Positions 11,732 to 22,950 of a stretch of DNA of 64,000 nt are shown here, in pieces. The position numbers and the translations under genes were made by a program. Where the stretch lies: the NCBI GenBank assembly GCA_963695855.1, contig CAVOHZ010000010.1:1056001-1120000 (forward strand). Reading direction: 5' to 3'. The DNA is from an uncultured Nitrososphaerales archaeon. Its GTDB lineage: Archaea; Thermoproteota; Nitrososphaeria; Nitrososphaerales; Nitrososphaeraceae. Position 1 is the stretch's first letter. Each line of letters begins with the position of its first letter. A model generated the notes under the pieces. That model was not told where the DNA came from and ran no database searches. It saw nothing but the letters and a program-made list of their open reading frames with translations.

Positions 11732-12471
11732 TTGTAGGTTGCATGTATCAATCCATGATCCTTATCATAAGGATCGAGATTGATAATTTGTTCTATCTTA
11801 AATCCGCTATTTTCTAGTTTCTTTGCCTCCTGAAGAATAATTGATTTGGGATCTTGTGTAACATCGATGCTTCTGGCTTTAATAACCAGCAGAATTTTTC
11901 CCTTATCGTTTAGAAACATATTGCAATTATTTATTGCAATTTCTGTCTGATCAGGTTGGGCTATATCGCAATAAACAACATCAATCTCACCATAAGTAGA
12001 AAAATAAGAAGACGGTTTTCTAGCATCTTCGATAATTGGAATAATATTTTCTCTTTTATTAGCAACATTTTCAATGAGTTCTCTGGCTACGCGAATGGAC
12101 GACTCGATTGCAAAAACCACACCAGAGCTTCCTATTATATCAGAGATATGACTTACAGTAGTTCCTGTTGAAGCACCCAAATAAAGAACGTGTGATCCAT
12201 TCTCGATTGGCAGCTTCTTTAAACCTTTTAGAAGCGATGCCGCAAGTTTACTCCTATATGGATCCCAAAGTCGATACTCTTCCTTATCATATAGAACAAG
12301 TTTCTCGCCGTAAACGTTATCTCCTTTAACAAGATTTAGAGTAGCTAACTGTTTTTCCCCGGTAAAATTAACCCATCTATAACCATCAGCTAAGTCAACC
12401 TTCTTTGCTTTTTCGTAGGAAGAGTTATAGAGATTATTTTGATTATCATAATCATCACTTTTATCTTGCAT
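11716..12471 (-). CDS. flpA: Fibrillarin-like rRNA/tRNA 2'-O-methyltransferase
   Basis: VYGEKL, WDPYRSKLAA, LYLGASTGTTVSH, DIAQPDQ, KARSIDVT. Confidence 0.95.
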   Translation of the reverse strand: MQDKSDDYDNQNNLYNSSYEKAKKVDLADGYRWVNFTGEKQLATLNLVKGDNVYGEKLVLYDKEEYRLWDPYRSKLAASLLKGLKKLPIENGSHVLYLGASTGTTVSHISDIIGSSGVVFAIESSIRVARELIENVANKRENIIPIIEDARKPSSYFSTYGEIDVVYCDIAQPDQTEIAINNCNMFLNDKGKILLVIKARSIDVTQDPKSIILQEAKKLENSGFKIEQIINLDPYDKDHGLIHATYNQKKS

Positions 12472-12543
12472 ATAATAGAAGTGAAGGAGTCATTAATCAA
12501 TATATAGATATTTACTTTAAAAGAGGAACAGAAAGAAAAAATA

Positions 12544-13878
12544 TCAAAATCTATTTTTTCTTGAAAATTTTCTTTTATATTTTTTATCGAATTTACGACT
12601 TGTACTTCCACGTTCCCTTCCTCTACCATATCCTTCTCTGGCCCTGCTTTTGTTATAAGCAAATCGCATTTGTTCTCTTTTAAAGCTTTTTTGTTCGATC
12701 TTTGGTTCCTTATATTTTTCTTGAATCTCCGCAATTCTTTTATTTAATTGATCCAAAAGAGCTGGATCTTTTTCGCCTTTTCTAAAAAAATCTATCCTTG
12801 CTGCTATAGCAATTTTTGAGGCTAATGTTCGTGCCAATTTTCCTCTTTGCCATTTTGGTGCAGAATGCAGGACAGGGTGTTGAAAGATAAGTCCGTGTTT
12901 TGGTGGGGGAGCACCTGTTTTTATAGATCTGAAGAGTGCTTTTTCAGCTCCCAAGATCTGTATAGTACTCGATGAAAGTGTGGAGAGTTTGGATAAACTT
13001 CCAGATTTTGCAATCAATCTAGCTCCTACTGTAGCAGTCAACATTTCTTTTACATTTGGAGCAATCTTTTCCATAGATTCGTCTATAAGATTTACTAAAA
13101 CTCTTCTTAGCTCAGTTTGCATGATCACTTCATCAGCAAGTTTTTTTATTATGGTCATGTTTTCTTCCAAAATATCTCCTCCTTTACTTCTTTGAGCTGC
13201 TGAAACTATGATATCAGATTTTTTTTTCTCTAATCCAATTTTTTCAAGCATCTCGGAATTAATGATTTTTCTATCACCTGCAAGGCGCACTATTTCAGCG
13301 TAGGTAAAGATATTTTGTATAAGATTATCGAGTTCAGGAAAGTGCAATCCGTACCATTCACGCAATCGCGAACCAATAGTGTTAATTATTTTATCTAATT
13401 CATCAAGAGCATTAATTGACTGACTGATATGTAGATCCAGTTTTTCTGATATTCGTTTTACCTTATTAGATGAAAGGTCCAACGCAAATCTACGCAACTG
13501 GGAATGAGCTTCTAGTTCATTTTTTGCAAAACCTGCGCTAACTAGATACCTCATCTTATTTCTGGTAATTTCTTTGATTTTTTCTTGTGACATCATGTAA
13601 ATTGGAATACTGCTATTGCGAAGATAAGACACTAGACCGATGTCATTACAGAATACTGAATCGTAACTTCTTAGCTTATCAGAGATATCTGATATTTCCG
13701 AATAATCTCCATTTGAAATCAAAATATGAGATAAAACTGGATCAGTGAATTTTTTTGAAAATAAGAGTCTGTCAGCTGAGAAGCTGCTAGTATTATCGTT
13801 ATTCGTATTACCAATACTAGCATCATCAAGAATAAATGGTCCTAATTCAGATAAGACCAGAATACAGTTAATTGGCAT
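12544..13878 (-). CDS. nop5: C/D box RNP protein Nop5 (Nop56/58)
   Basis: RLREWYGLHFPEL, STIQILGAEKALF, PKHGLIFQHP, RGKLAR; upstream of fibrillarin. Confidence 0.95.
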   Translation of the reverse strand: MPINCILVLSELGPFILDDASIGNTNNDNTSSFSADRLLFSKKFTDPVLSHILISNGDYSEISDISDKLRSYDSVFCNDIGLVSYLRNSSIPIYMMSQEKIKEITRNKMRYLVSAGFAKNELEAHSQLRRFALDLSSNKVKRISEKLDLHISQSINALDELDKIINTIGSRLREWYGLHFPELDNLIQNIFTYAEIVRLAGDRKIINSEMLEKIGLEKKKSDIIVSAAQRSKGGDILEENMTIIKKLADEVIMQTELRRVLVNLIDESMEKIAPNVKEMLTATVGARLIAKSGSLSKLSTLSSSTIQILGAEKALFRSIKTGAPPPKHGLIFQHPVLHSAPKWQRGKLARTLASKIAIAARIDFFRKGEKDPALLDQLNKRIAEIQEKYKEPKIEQKSFKREQMRFAYNKSRAREGYGRGRERGSTSRKFDKKYKRKFSRKNRF

Positions 13879-13997
13879 TACAGAATTATCAATTACAAAG
13901 CCATTAAAAAATATGTCTTTGGTTGAAGTAGGTTTTTATGAAGCTTGATAGATATCAATAAATAGCAAAATTTGCCATTTTAGTTAGATAAATAAAC

Positions 13998-14477
13998 TTG
14001 TTTTTTAGTTTTATGAAGAAGAAATCAAAAAATAAAGGTGCTGACAGTAAGGAAAAAGAGAAATTCCAAAGAAATGTCATTCTCACAAGACAAGTTGCTG
14101 ATGGAATAATAACATATTCAAAAACTTATCACCCTAATGAGGGAATACTGATCTTGCAGGGAAAAAGTAAGAGGTCAGGAGAAATCCGGATTGATGGACT
14201 TGTTGTGCCACCATTTTCATCTCACGGACCATATTATTCTGGATTTCCAACTAATGAGTTACCTATGGATTTATCATATATCGGTACTGCACATTCCCAT
14301 CCAGGAGGTTCTAATAGACCTTCATTAGAGGACCTGAATCATTTTTTCGGATTGGTATCCATCATCATTAATTTTCCATATGATTACAAGACGATAGCAG
14401 CATACGACAGAAATGGAAATAGTGTCAATTTGATTATAGATGATTCTTATGCAAGAGAAGTAAAAGAGAAGAAATGA
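13998..14477 (+). CDS. JAMM/MPN+ (Mov34) metalloprotease
   Basis: PNEG...HSHPGGSNRPSLED JAMM motif. Confidence 0.88.
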   Translation: MFFSFMKKKSKNKGADSKEKEKFQRNVILTRQVADGIITYSKTYHPNEGILILQGKSKRSGEIRIDGLVVPPFSSHGPYYSGFPTNELPMDLSYIGTAHSHPGGSNRPSLEDLNHFFGLVSIIINFPYDYKTIAAYDRNGNSVNLIIDDSYAREVKEKK

Positions 14478-14542
14478 AATGAAAATGAACTGGTTAAGAT
14501 TTCTAAAAATTTATGTAACAGATTCAAAAAATATAAAATATC

Positions 14543-14866
14543 ATGAATTTAGAACAATTACGAGATAAGGCATTCTTTCAAAATACAATAGATGTATGGA
14601 TAATGCTATGTCACGAAAAAGATCAAGACTCTTATGATACTGCAAAATATATCGAATTCATAAACTATCTTAGTGATAGTGGAATAAAGATGCAAAAGTT
14701 TCCCTTGTGTATAAAGGAATCTGGAGGAATGTATGAGAGAGGAATAGACAAAGTAAAATTTCTAGATGCCCTGTCAAAAATTTATTCTGAAGACGCAGCC
14801 GCTTATACCATCAAGCTAAGCTCAAGTAATATTGCAACATTGAGAAAATTTTTTGAAAGAACGTAA
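14543..14866 (+). CDS. Hypothetical protein
   Basis: 107-aa ATG ORF with normal composition, co-oriented with the JAMM gene. Confidence 0.7.
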   Translation: MNLEQLRDKAFFQNTIDVWIMLCHEKDQDSYDTAKYIEFINYLSDSGIKMQKFPLCIKESGGMYERGIDKVKFLDALSKIYSEDAAAYTIKLSSSNIATLRKFFERT

Positions 14867-15089
14867 TTTCGTTAGCGATATAACGTAAATATGATCAATC
14901 TGCATCTGTTTTTTTATTCTGTCTTTTTTGATCTAAAATCTCTAAAACGTATAAAGTAGGGTACAATAAAGTTGATAATGTTTAGACGTAATACACAGTT
15001 TTATGTTTCGTCATATATGTCATTCCGTTGGGAACGAGGATACATTGAATAATGTTATGACTGTGTAGGTTGGTTACTTAGTTAAAATA

Positions 15090-15600
15090 TTTTAATACGT
15101 CTTTAAATTTCCAATATAATTTTCATTTGAATAAATGGATAGTATCTTCATTATAGAAGTATTTTCCTTATGATATATGCAAAAGCAACATCCTACCGAA
15201 AAATTTCAGAAACCTTTATAGTTAATGACATAGTCTTCGAATATTCGGAAACTTATTACTTTACTATCTCCATATTTTAATTCGTTAGCCAGCTAGAATA
15301 ATATTATAGACAGATTGGGGTTCAAAATTTATTAAAATGGATTAGTTACATATCGTTGGACATTCTGTACGTATGAAAAAGGATTGTTAGTAGATTTGGT
15401 TACATTATTATCACAAATTTTAAGTCCTTCATCAAATTCTTCATATAATCGAGACTAAATTTACTTTCACTGTTTGTAAATTTGTTTCCAATATTGAAAT
15501 CTGTGAGGGTTTTAATTTGAGTGTATTCTATTCTGGGGTTAACCTTATTATTAATTACATTCTGGTTTTCATCATTAAAAGTACTTTGGGGATTATCCAT
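15090..15600 (-). pseudogene. Decayed ORF remnant, possibly TPR-like
   Basis: Fragments in shifting frames (MDNPQSTF...; LYEEFDEGLKICDNNVTKSTNNPFSYVQ; AFAYIIRKILL**) downstream of an intact TPR gene. Confidence 0.3.
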
Positions 15601-15761
15601 TGTACGAAGGCAAAAGAACCACAAGAGGAGGTATATTGATTACAATAGTGGGCTCCAGTCAGAGTAGGGATAATCTACTCTTCTGTTATTAAACATAGAT
15701 CATCCTAGACAGACGCCTTATAAAAATTTATAAAAGATGAAACAATCAAGAAATAAGGGTT

Positions 15762-16949
15762 TTATGGTGTTGATGCGGGTGTTGGTGATTTTGCCTGTGC
15801 CATTTTCATATTGATTGTCTCTATTAATTGAGGTGTTTTTGGATCTTTCGGATTAAGGGATAATGCATGTTCGAGAAACTGTTTTGCTTCTGGAAATTTG
15901 TCTAAATCATAGTACACTTTACCCTTATTGAACCATGGTTTGTCCCATTTAGGCTCTAAGGATATTGCTTTATCAAAAGCAGAAAGTGCTTCTTCAAATT
16001 TTGCGAGTTTATACAAAACCCAACCCTTACTATTCCATGGTTTTGACCAAGTTGGATCCAACTTTATAGCCTCATCAAAGGCTGCCACTGCTTCATCATT
16101 CTTGTCCAGTTTATGTAGTGTCCACCCTTTACTATTCCACGGATTTGCCCATTTAGGATCCAGAGAAATCAATTTATCGTACACAGCAAGAGATTCATCA
16201 AAACGTCCCAGTTTATAGAGCGCTTCTCCCTTATCAATCCAAACATTTATCCAATAAGGCAATAATAAAATCTGGGTTTTATCTAAGGATTTTATCCGTT
16301 CATCCAAATTTCCAAGAAGTGATATTGCCTTGTCATAAGATTCAATAGCACCAGAATAATTTCCTAATTTAAATAATGTATTTCCTTTATTCAGATACGG
16401 GGCTGGCCAATTGGGGTCTAGAGAGATGGCCTTATTATAGAATGCAATTGCATTGGTAAAATTCTTTTGTTTAAAAAAAATATTTCCTTTATCCATTAAA
16501 GGAGCTGCCCAATTGGGGTCTAATGATATGGCTTTATCAAGTTGTTCATGAGCACCTTTAGAATTACCCTGTTTAGAAATAGCATTCCCTTTATTCAGAT
16601 ATGGCGCTACCCAATTAGGGTCTAGAGAGATGGCCTTATTATAAAGTTCAATAGCTTTAATTGGATTACTTAACAGCAGTTTATTTGCGGCTTCAAATGA
16701 GGATTTTGCCTCTTGGCTAGTTGTATTGAATTTATCCTTTATCTTTGTTGTGGCATCACTATCGGAGATAAATGAAATAATTTGAGCATATGATTCATTA
16801 TTGGAGAAGTAGTCTGTAGAAAAGAGAAAAACTGTTAATATAATTAAAAAAAAGCTTGAAAGATAAACAGATGAGCTGGATTTAACAAAAATATAAAGAT
16901 ACTTGTTATCTTTAGCTTTATTCATCTTCAAATCATGTTGATCTGTCAC
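15762..16949 (-). CDS. Membrane-anchored tetratricopeptide repeat protein
   Basis: N-terminal TM; repeated YNKAISLDPNW..PY.NKGN / AFDKAI.L.P.W.KPW.KG 34-aa units. Confidence 0.92.
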   Translation of the reverse strand: MTDQHDLKMNKAKDNKYLYIFVKSSSSVYLSSFFLIILTVFLFSTDYFSNNESYAQIISFISDSDATTKIKDKFNTTSQEAKSSFEAANKLLLSNPIKAIELYNKAISLDPNWVAPYLNKGNAISKQGNSKGAHEQLDKAISLDPNWAAPLMDKGNIFFKQKNFTNAIAFYNKAISLDPNWPAPYLNKGNTLFKLGNYSGAIESYDKAISLLGNLDERIKSLDKTQILLLPYWINVWIDKGEALYKLGRFDESLAVYDKLISLDPKWANPWNSKGWTLHKLDKNDEAVAAFDEAIKLDPTWSKPWNSKGWVLYKLAKFEEALSAFDKAISLEPKWDKPWFNKGKVYYDLDKFPEAKQFLEHALSLNPKDPKTPQLIETINMKMAQAKSPTPASTP

Positions 16950-17058
16950 TCATAAATCTTTTTTTTATTCTCTAAATATAGATAACGTTAATAGCAAAGT
17001 ACAAGATTCGTTAACCAATGTCTTATAATCAATTTTGGTATTTGTAATACCATCATGA

Positions 17059-18663
17059 TCATTGTTTTTTCATTTTTGGATTAAATATGGATTCAAAAGT
17101 ATTTCCTATAAGGACGAATGCTAGTCCGGTTAACGCTATTAACATACCAGGAGGTATCAACCACCACCATAATCCCCTTGATGCCGCAGAGGCCAGATGC
17201 GCTTCGTGTAGAATTTGACCCCAGGTAGGAACTGAGGGGTCTCCAAGTCCTATAAAACTAAGGGATGCTTCTGCCAAGATAGCCCCTGGGACAGATATCG
17301 CAATACTTGCAAAAGTCAGTGGCAGAAGCTGTGGTATAATATGTTTAAAAATAATTTTAATGTCAGATTGACCCATCAGTTTAGCTGCTTCTATATACTG
17401 AAAATTCTTTATTTGCAATGCTAGACTTCGCGATATCTTTGCAGTTCCCATCCAACCAAAGAAGATAAGAAATAGTACTATGATAAAGATATTTCGTCCT
17501 ACAATAATTGACAAAATAATAAGAAGAGGAAGGGTAGGTAATGAATAAAATATATCGTTAATACGCATTAAACCTTCATCTGTTCTCCTTCCCTTATAAC
17601 CAGAAATAACCCCGTAGACAAGGCCTATGAGAATAGAAATACTGGATACAGAAAGCCCGATGAAAAGAGCTATTGGCGTTCCCCATAATAATCCAATAGC
17701 AAGGTCTCGCCTCATTTCATCTGTACCTATTATACCAAACCTTTTACCTCCTAGGATGAGTTTTGTTTCTAATATCTTGTCTTCATCGTTAAAAAGATAG
17801 AATTTTACATTGAATATATATTCACCTTTCAAAATTGAATTTTTTGTTAATTCAGAAAAGAGCATGAGTTGAGGTCTTTTTGGATCCTGGATGTAATTGT
17901 ACATGTTCAAATAATTTAGTAGTTTTTGGTGAATTGCATCATCAGTTGAAAATAATCTTCCATAGGTAATCTTATTGATCGACCCTGTCATTGTTGACAT
18001 AATTGAGTCGAAATAAATTTCAAATGTGGTACCGTCTGGTCTCGTTACTTCTACATCCATGGCTGGGGGAACTTCTCCTTTTGATAAAGAGTAAGTGATC
18101 ATAAAATCGGTCGGAGATACTGTCGAAAGATAGTCAGTTTTGTATGAATGGGTTATCACTTTGATACCGTGTTCTTGTGTCTCTGAAATGGTTGCCATAT
18201 TTTGGTCATCCTTGTCTAGAGTGGTTAGTGATGATTTTGGTGATGTGGAAGATAAAGGTGATGAAGAAGAAAGGATCATGTGTTCTGGACTTTTTTCCCC
18301 AAATAATCCTAGACTACTCCATATTGGAGCTGCAATTTTCGGATTATCTATCCAGAATGTCGGATTATTCCATTCTTTGAATGAATCAAATGGTATGAAT
18401 AGAACAGCGTAGACAGTAAGAGAGATGAGAAAAATCAGGATAACCACACCAGCGATCCCAGTTTTGTGACTCTTAAACTCTGATATAACTTCAATGTATT
18501 TCTTTGCGTTGTTTATTTTGTTATGTTTTTTCTGTTCTGAGTATGCCCTGTCTATTTTGCCTACATCATCAAAATCTGCTTTATCTATTTTTTCTTTTCT
18601 CAATATTTGTTCCTCATCTATAGAATTAGTTTTTTTTCTGTTATTATCATGATCGTTATTCAT
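17059..18663 (-). CDS. Peptide/nickel ABC transporter permease (DppC/OppC-like) with large extracytoplasmic insert
   Basis: GTDEMRRDL, YIEAAKLMG...IIFKHIIP EAA motif, EASLSFIGLG, WWW. Confidence 0.92.
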   Translation of the reverse strand: MNNDHDNNRKKTNSIDEEQILRKEKIDKADFDDVGKIDRAYSEQKKHNKINNAKKYIEVISEFKSHKTGIAGVVILIFLISLTVYAVLFIPFDSFKEWNNPTFWIDNPKIAAPIWSSLGLFGEKSPEHMILSSSSPLSSTSPKSSLTTLDKDDQNMATISETQEHGIKVITHSYKTDYLSTVSPTDFMITYSLSKGEVPPAMDVEVTRPDGTTFEIYFDSIMSTMTGSINKITYGRLFSTDDAIHQKLLNYLNMYNYIQDPKRPQLMLFSELTKNSILKGEYIFNVKFYLFNDEDKILETKLILGGKRFGIIGTDEMRRDLAIGLLWGTPIALFIGLSVSSISILIGLVYGVISGYKGRRTDEGLMRINDIFYSLPTLPLLIILSIIVGRNIFIIVLFLIFFGWMGTAKISRSLALQIKNFQYIEAAKLMGQSDIKIIFKHIIPQLLPLTFASIAISVPGAILAEASLSFIGLGDPSVPTWGQILHEAHLASAASRGLWWWLIPPGMLIALTGLAFVLIGNTFESIFNPKMKKQ

Positions 18664-19774
18664 TCAGCTTCACTCTTGGGTCAAAATATGCATATATAAT
18701 GTCTACAGAGAAGATAGTTAATAGAAAAATTAGCGATGAGATGTAAGTTAATCCTATAATTACCGGTACATCCATCAACCCTATAGCATCAAAATATAAT
18801 TTTCCCATTCCAGGCCAATCAAATACTGCTTCCACTGTAAAAGCACCGCCGAAGGAACCAGCAAGCCCTAGTGCAATTATTGTAATAATCGGAGGCGCTG
18901 CATTTTTTAGAGCATGTGAATATATTATTTTTTTCCGGGGGATCCCCATTGCAAATTGTGCTCTTATATAGTCTTCATTTAGAATTCCAGAAACTATATA
19001 TCTAATAATAAATGCCAAAGATCCAAAACCAAGGATCACCATAGTAATTAATGGAAGAATCATGTGATACAAAAGATCAAAGATGTAGATGGGATCATCG
19101 GGAGAGGTAACAGGCGTTGAACGAGCAGGAAAAATATCAAGAGAAAAAGCAAAGATAAAGATCATAATCATTCCAAACCACCAAACAGGAACACTGTTAC
19201 TAAAGACTGCAAAAATAGAATTTATTTGATCTAGTTTGGATCTTGCTCGATCAGCCAAATATGTTCCCAGATAGACACCTATTACTGCCACGATGATAGT
19301 TGTTGTGGTAAATAACAAGAGAGTTTTTGGAATTTTTTCTATTATGATGTCCTTTATGTAGGAAGAACCTGAATCGGCTACGAAGTAATTTGACTTACCA
19401 AGATCTAAGAACATTACCTTAAATAAAGTATTGAAAAATCTATTTGGAGAATACCAGGGTTGATCAAGTCCGAGGTTTTTTATTTGCAGATTTATCTGGT
19501 TATCAATATATTTTTGACGTTCTGCAAGATCGTTAAACTTTATTTTTTGATTGTTCAAACTATCTATAACATTAAACTTTACGGACTCCCGTATAATATC
19601 GTCCATTGCAGGTCCTAAAAGCGAGATCGTTAATACAAGAATAGAAAATAAAACTATGAAAATGTTAATGATCCTTTTGAATAAAAAAAACAAGAATCCA
19701 CACATAAGTAAAAAAAAGTAAAAGATAAAGAGTATATTAATACTATTATTATTGAAGTTTAGATCTCGAATCAA
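18656..19774 (-). CDS. Peptide/nickel ABC transporter permease (DppB/OppB-like); true start may be slightly downstream
   Basis: LDLGKS, HMILP, EDYIRA...HALKNA, VEAVFDWPGMG, DPRV. Confidence 0.92.
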   Translation of the reverse strand: MIRDLNFNNNSINILFIFYFFLLMCGFLFFLFKRIINIFIVLFSILVLTISLLGPAMDDIIRESVKFNVIDSLNNQKIKFNDLAERQKYIDNQINLQIKNLGLDQPWYSPNRFFNTLFKVMFLDLGKSNYFVADSGSSYIKDIIIEKIPKTLLLFTTTTIIVAVIGVYLGTYLADRARSKLDQINSIFAVFSNSVPVWWFGMIMIFIFAFSLDIFPARSTPVTSPDDPIYIFDLLYHMILPLITMVILGFGSLAFIIRYIVSGILNEDYIRAQFAMGIPRKKIIYSHALKNAAPPIITIIALGLAGSFGGAFTVEAVFDWPGMGKLYFDAIGLMDVPVIIGLTYISSLIFLLTIFSVDIIYAYFDPRVKLNE

Positions 19775-20336
19775 ATAATAAAAAAATATCTAAAATATCT
19801 GATGGTGGGGGTAAAAACAATACCGAATGAGTCCAAATATTTATCCTCCTTTGTAGATGTACTGAGTACTAGTCTAACCTTGCTATACTCGCCTGGTAAG
19901 TTCAGGCAATCAATAGAGAGTATTTGGTTTTCTCTTAAATGGCGTCTCTAACTCGCCTAGAATATCTATATCTAGTTGAGGCATAATTTTCCAACCATAA
20001 AAAAAGAATGAGATGAGAAAAGAGAATCAGAATTTATGTCTTCATCAAACTTATTATTCTAAAGAAATCAAAAATGAAATTATAGAAAGCACAAATATTG
20101 AATAGCATATAGAAGAAAAAGAAGTCTGTAAGAGAGATAGAAATCAAATGGTAACGTTAGTTATAGAGAGAACACATTTGAGGATTAATTGACTCTGAAT
20201 TACTTACAACATATGAGAAGAAAAGATGTACCATTGTATTCTGCAACTACCAAGTAAATAATTAGAAATCAAGATAATTTTGGCATAGATGCTAACAAAT
20301 TATTTTTTTCTCGAATTCACGACTTTAATCAGATAG

Positions 20337-21500
20337 TTATTTTAAACTCTCCAGAGCTTTATTCTCCCCTTCGATAATCAGCTCTTTAATGGTATTAACA
20401 GAAAAATCAGCATTTTGCAATGGATATGGCATCTTATTGTTTTCTCGACTGATTCTTTTGATATTTAGGATTTTAGCACCATATTTTTCTACCAATATTT
20501 TATGCTCTTTTTCAATATAATTAATAATATCTTTGTCTATTTTTGAATGATCATGTTCCCTAAAAACGTCATATAATGTTTCAATCAAATTAATCTGCCT
20601 AGTTATGAGTCTGGACATTTTTTCAAGACTCTGGTCCTTATCAGTAAACATTATATCTTTGGCTCGGGACTGAACCTCACTCATATCAGATGGAAGCTTT
20701 CCTATTTTTTTAGGAAAATTCTCAACTACGAAGATATTTTTATCTTTACTTGGAGAAGCCATCATAACTTCTCGTATTGGAGTATTGCTTAACAAGGATC
20801 CATCCCATGCATATAGCCTGTCATTTACCTCTATCCATGGAAATCCGTATTGAGGATATCCAATTGTAGCTAAGAGATGTTTCATCTGTATTTGTATTTT
20901 GTAACTGTCAAATATTATTGGTTCAGCTGAAAGAACATCAACAGCGGTGATTATAAGACGTGTGTTACCATTTTGACCATTTTTATTGCTTTGTCTTGTA
21001 TCCGGAGAGAGTTTTCTGAAATCTATGTACTTGTCCAGCGTTTTTTCTAGTAAAGTATTATCGTATATATAAGTCCAATTTGATGACTGTAAAGGAAAAT
21101 CCTTTGAAGAATTACACATATTCCAATTCATCCATCTGGGAACAAAGAACTTTGGAACTCCAAACAAAGCTGCATTTAATGATGCTGCAGATGATTTCTT
21201 GATATTAAACTGATGATTTTGATTATCATAATCAAAAGAAAATACGTCAGGTATTATATTATAACTACGTTCGCCAAGCTCCATCCAAAAATCTTCTAAA
21301 TCTTTTTCAGGATTGTCATTTTTACTTCCAGTAGTTATCGCTCCGTTAATTGCTCCTATCGATGTTCCTGCTACTATATCAAATTTTATATCTTTTTTTG
21401 CAAATGTTTTACATGCCCCACACGCAAAAGCTCCTAACGAACCTCCACCCTGTAATATTAATACATTTTCGATATCTCTTTCATGTGTGTGGTTATACAT
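20337..21500 (-). CDS. Patatin-like phospholipase
   Basis: LQGGGSLGAF, GTSIG nucleophile motif, WDGSLLSNTP. Confidence 0.9.
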   Translation of the reverse strand: MYNHTHERDIENVLILQGGGSLGAFACGACKTFAKKDIKFDIVAGTSIGAINGAITTGSKNDNPEKDLEDFWMELGERSYNIIPDVFSFDYDNQNHQFNIKKSSAASLNAALFGVPKFFVPRWMNWNMCNSSKDFPLQSSNWTYIYDNTLLEKTLDKYIDFRKLSPDTRQSNKNGQNGNTRLIITAVDVLSAEPIIFDSYKIQIQMKHLLATIGYPQYGFPWIEVNDRLYAWDGSLLSNTPIREVMMASPSKDKNIFVVENFPKKIGKLPSDMSEVQSRAKDIMFTDKDQSLEKMSRLITRQINLIETLYDVFREHDHSKIDKDIINYIEKEHKILVEKYGAKILNIKRISRENNKMPYPLQNADFSVNTIKELIIEGENKALESLK

Positions 21501-21784
21501 TGTTTTTAATTTAGTTATAGACAGCTCGATATTTTGCTTTTTCGAGAAATAAAAGTTGTCTTTCGTTTGTTTATTTCTTTGAGCTATGAAATATACAAAT
21601 AAGACAGTAAAATGGCGAATTTTTAAGTCTGATTTATTTTATAAACCACTGCTACCATTGTGATATTAGTTATCTAATTGGGTCCACCTGAACAAAGTAC
21701 TGTGAATCAGAAAAATAAATTGAAAATCAAAAATGTCATCAGTTTTGTTTTCTATTTGTTTTAATGCAATAACGGAATTGGTAA

Positions 21785-22055
21785 CTATTGGTTCTCATCT
21801 GAAAAATTATTCGAGATCCAATTCCTTGCAATCAGTATATCCTCTTGAGTTAGATGGTGACCTGATGATTGCTATTTTAAGGTTGTGCTTGCGTTATTCT
21901 TCTCAAATATTTTATAAAGATTTTCTGTTTCGATCCTTGGAACTATCGGGTCATTTAATCCCGCAGATAATAGGATTTTTTTGTTTGAAAGATCTGGAAT
22001 ATAAGCAGGAATTAGGGGAACCGTGGCTCTGAAAAGAATTGCTCCACTAAGTACA
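21785..22055 (-). pseudogene. C-terminal remnant of a phospholipase/carboxylesterase (alpha/beta hydrolase)
   Basis: Manual translation VLSGAILFRATVPLIPAYIPDLSNKKILLSAGLNDPIVPRIETENLYKIFEKNNASTTLK*QSSGHHLTQEDILIARNW; catalytic Asp (NDPIVP) and His (GHHL); in-frame TAG at 21872-21874; GxSxG half missing. Confidence 0.8.
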
Positions 22056-22224
22056 TAACACTATTTACGTGAGCTTTATGTCATTAACTTCAGAGAGCCA
22101 GATAATCGTGAACAAACATGAAACCGATTACAATACAAGCCCTAATTGTTCTAGAATTAGTTTTAATACAATAGATTGATTTAAATTTAAACATTTTATT
22201 TGGTTATGAGAATTAAATTACTAA

Positions 22225-22950
22225 ATGAGATATAATTTTTCTGAGATGGTTGTACTAATAACAGGTGGAACCGGAGCTTTAGGAAAAACATTGGTGAAGA
22301 AATTCATTGCAACTGGGGCAACCATAATAGTCACCTATAATACAGATAAAAAGGTAGCAGATCTGAGGCAAGAAATTAAAGAAACTGATGAACTAGAATT
22401 ACTTAAAACAGATATAACAAAAGAAGATCAGGTTGCGAAATTAATATCAGATATTGTTGAAAGATACGGTCATCTAGATATTTTAGTCAACGTAGTTGGT
22501 GGATATTTGGGAGGAAAAAGCGTAGCAGAATTATCTGAAAGTGAATGGGATATCATGATGAATATGAATTTAAAATCTGCCTTTTTAATAAGCAAACATG
22601 CAATACCTCTTATGAAATCTAGAAAATACGTTAGTGGTGGAAAGATAGTACATATATCGTCCAGAACAGGTTTAAAATCTGGAGGTTATGATTCTGCTTA
22701 CGCGGCATCGAAATCAGGTCTAATAAGACTAGTAGAATCAATATCACAAGAAACTAAGGAACATAATATCAATGTGAATTGCGTATTACCTAGCATAATT
22801 GATACCGAATCTAATAGAAAAGCAATGCCAGAGACAGATTTTAGTAGGTGGGTAAAGGCAGAGGATCTAACAAACGTAATCCTGTTCCTATGCTCAGACG
22901 AATCAAAAGTCATAACAGGAGCGGCAATTCCAGCGTATGGATTGTCTTAA
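22225..22950 (+). CDS. Short-chain dehydrogenase/reductase
   Basis: TGGTGALG, YAASK, NCVLPSIIDT. Confidence 0.92.
   Translation: MRYNFSEMVVLITGGTGALGKTLVKKFIATGATIIVTYNTDKKVADLRQEIKETDELELLKTDITKEDQVAKLISDIVERYGHLDILVNVVGGYLGGKSVAELSESEWDIMMNMNLKSAFLISKHAIPLMKSRKYVSGGKIVHISSRTGLKSGGYDSAYAASKSGLIRLVESISQETKEHNINVNCVLPSIIDTESNRKAMPETDFSRWVKAEDLTNVILFLCSDESKVITGAAIPAYGLS

Noticed and set aside
15661-15681. AGAGTAGG/TCTACTCT hairpin
   Set aside because: Single short stem; may be a terminator but unsupported
21733-22032. 99-aa + strand ORF; also considered as an IS remnant because of GGCTCTG inverted repeats
   Set aside because: The minus strand encodes a recognisable esterase fragment; no transposase similarity seen
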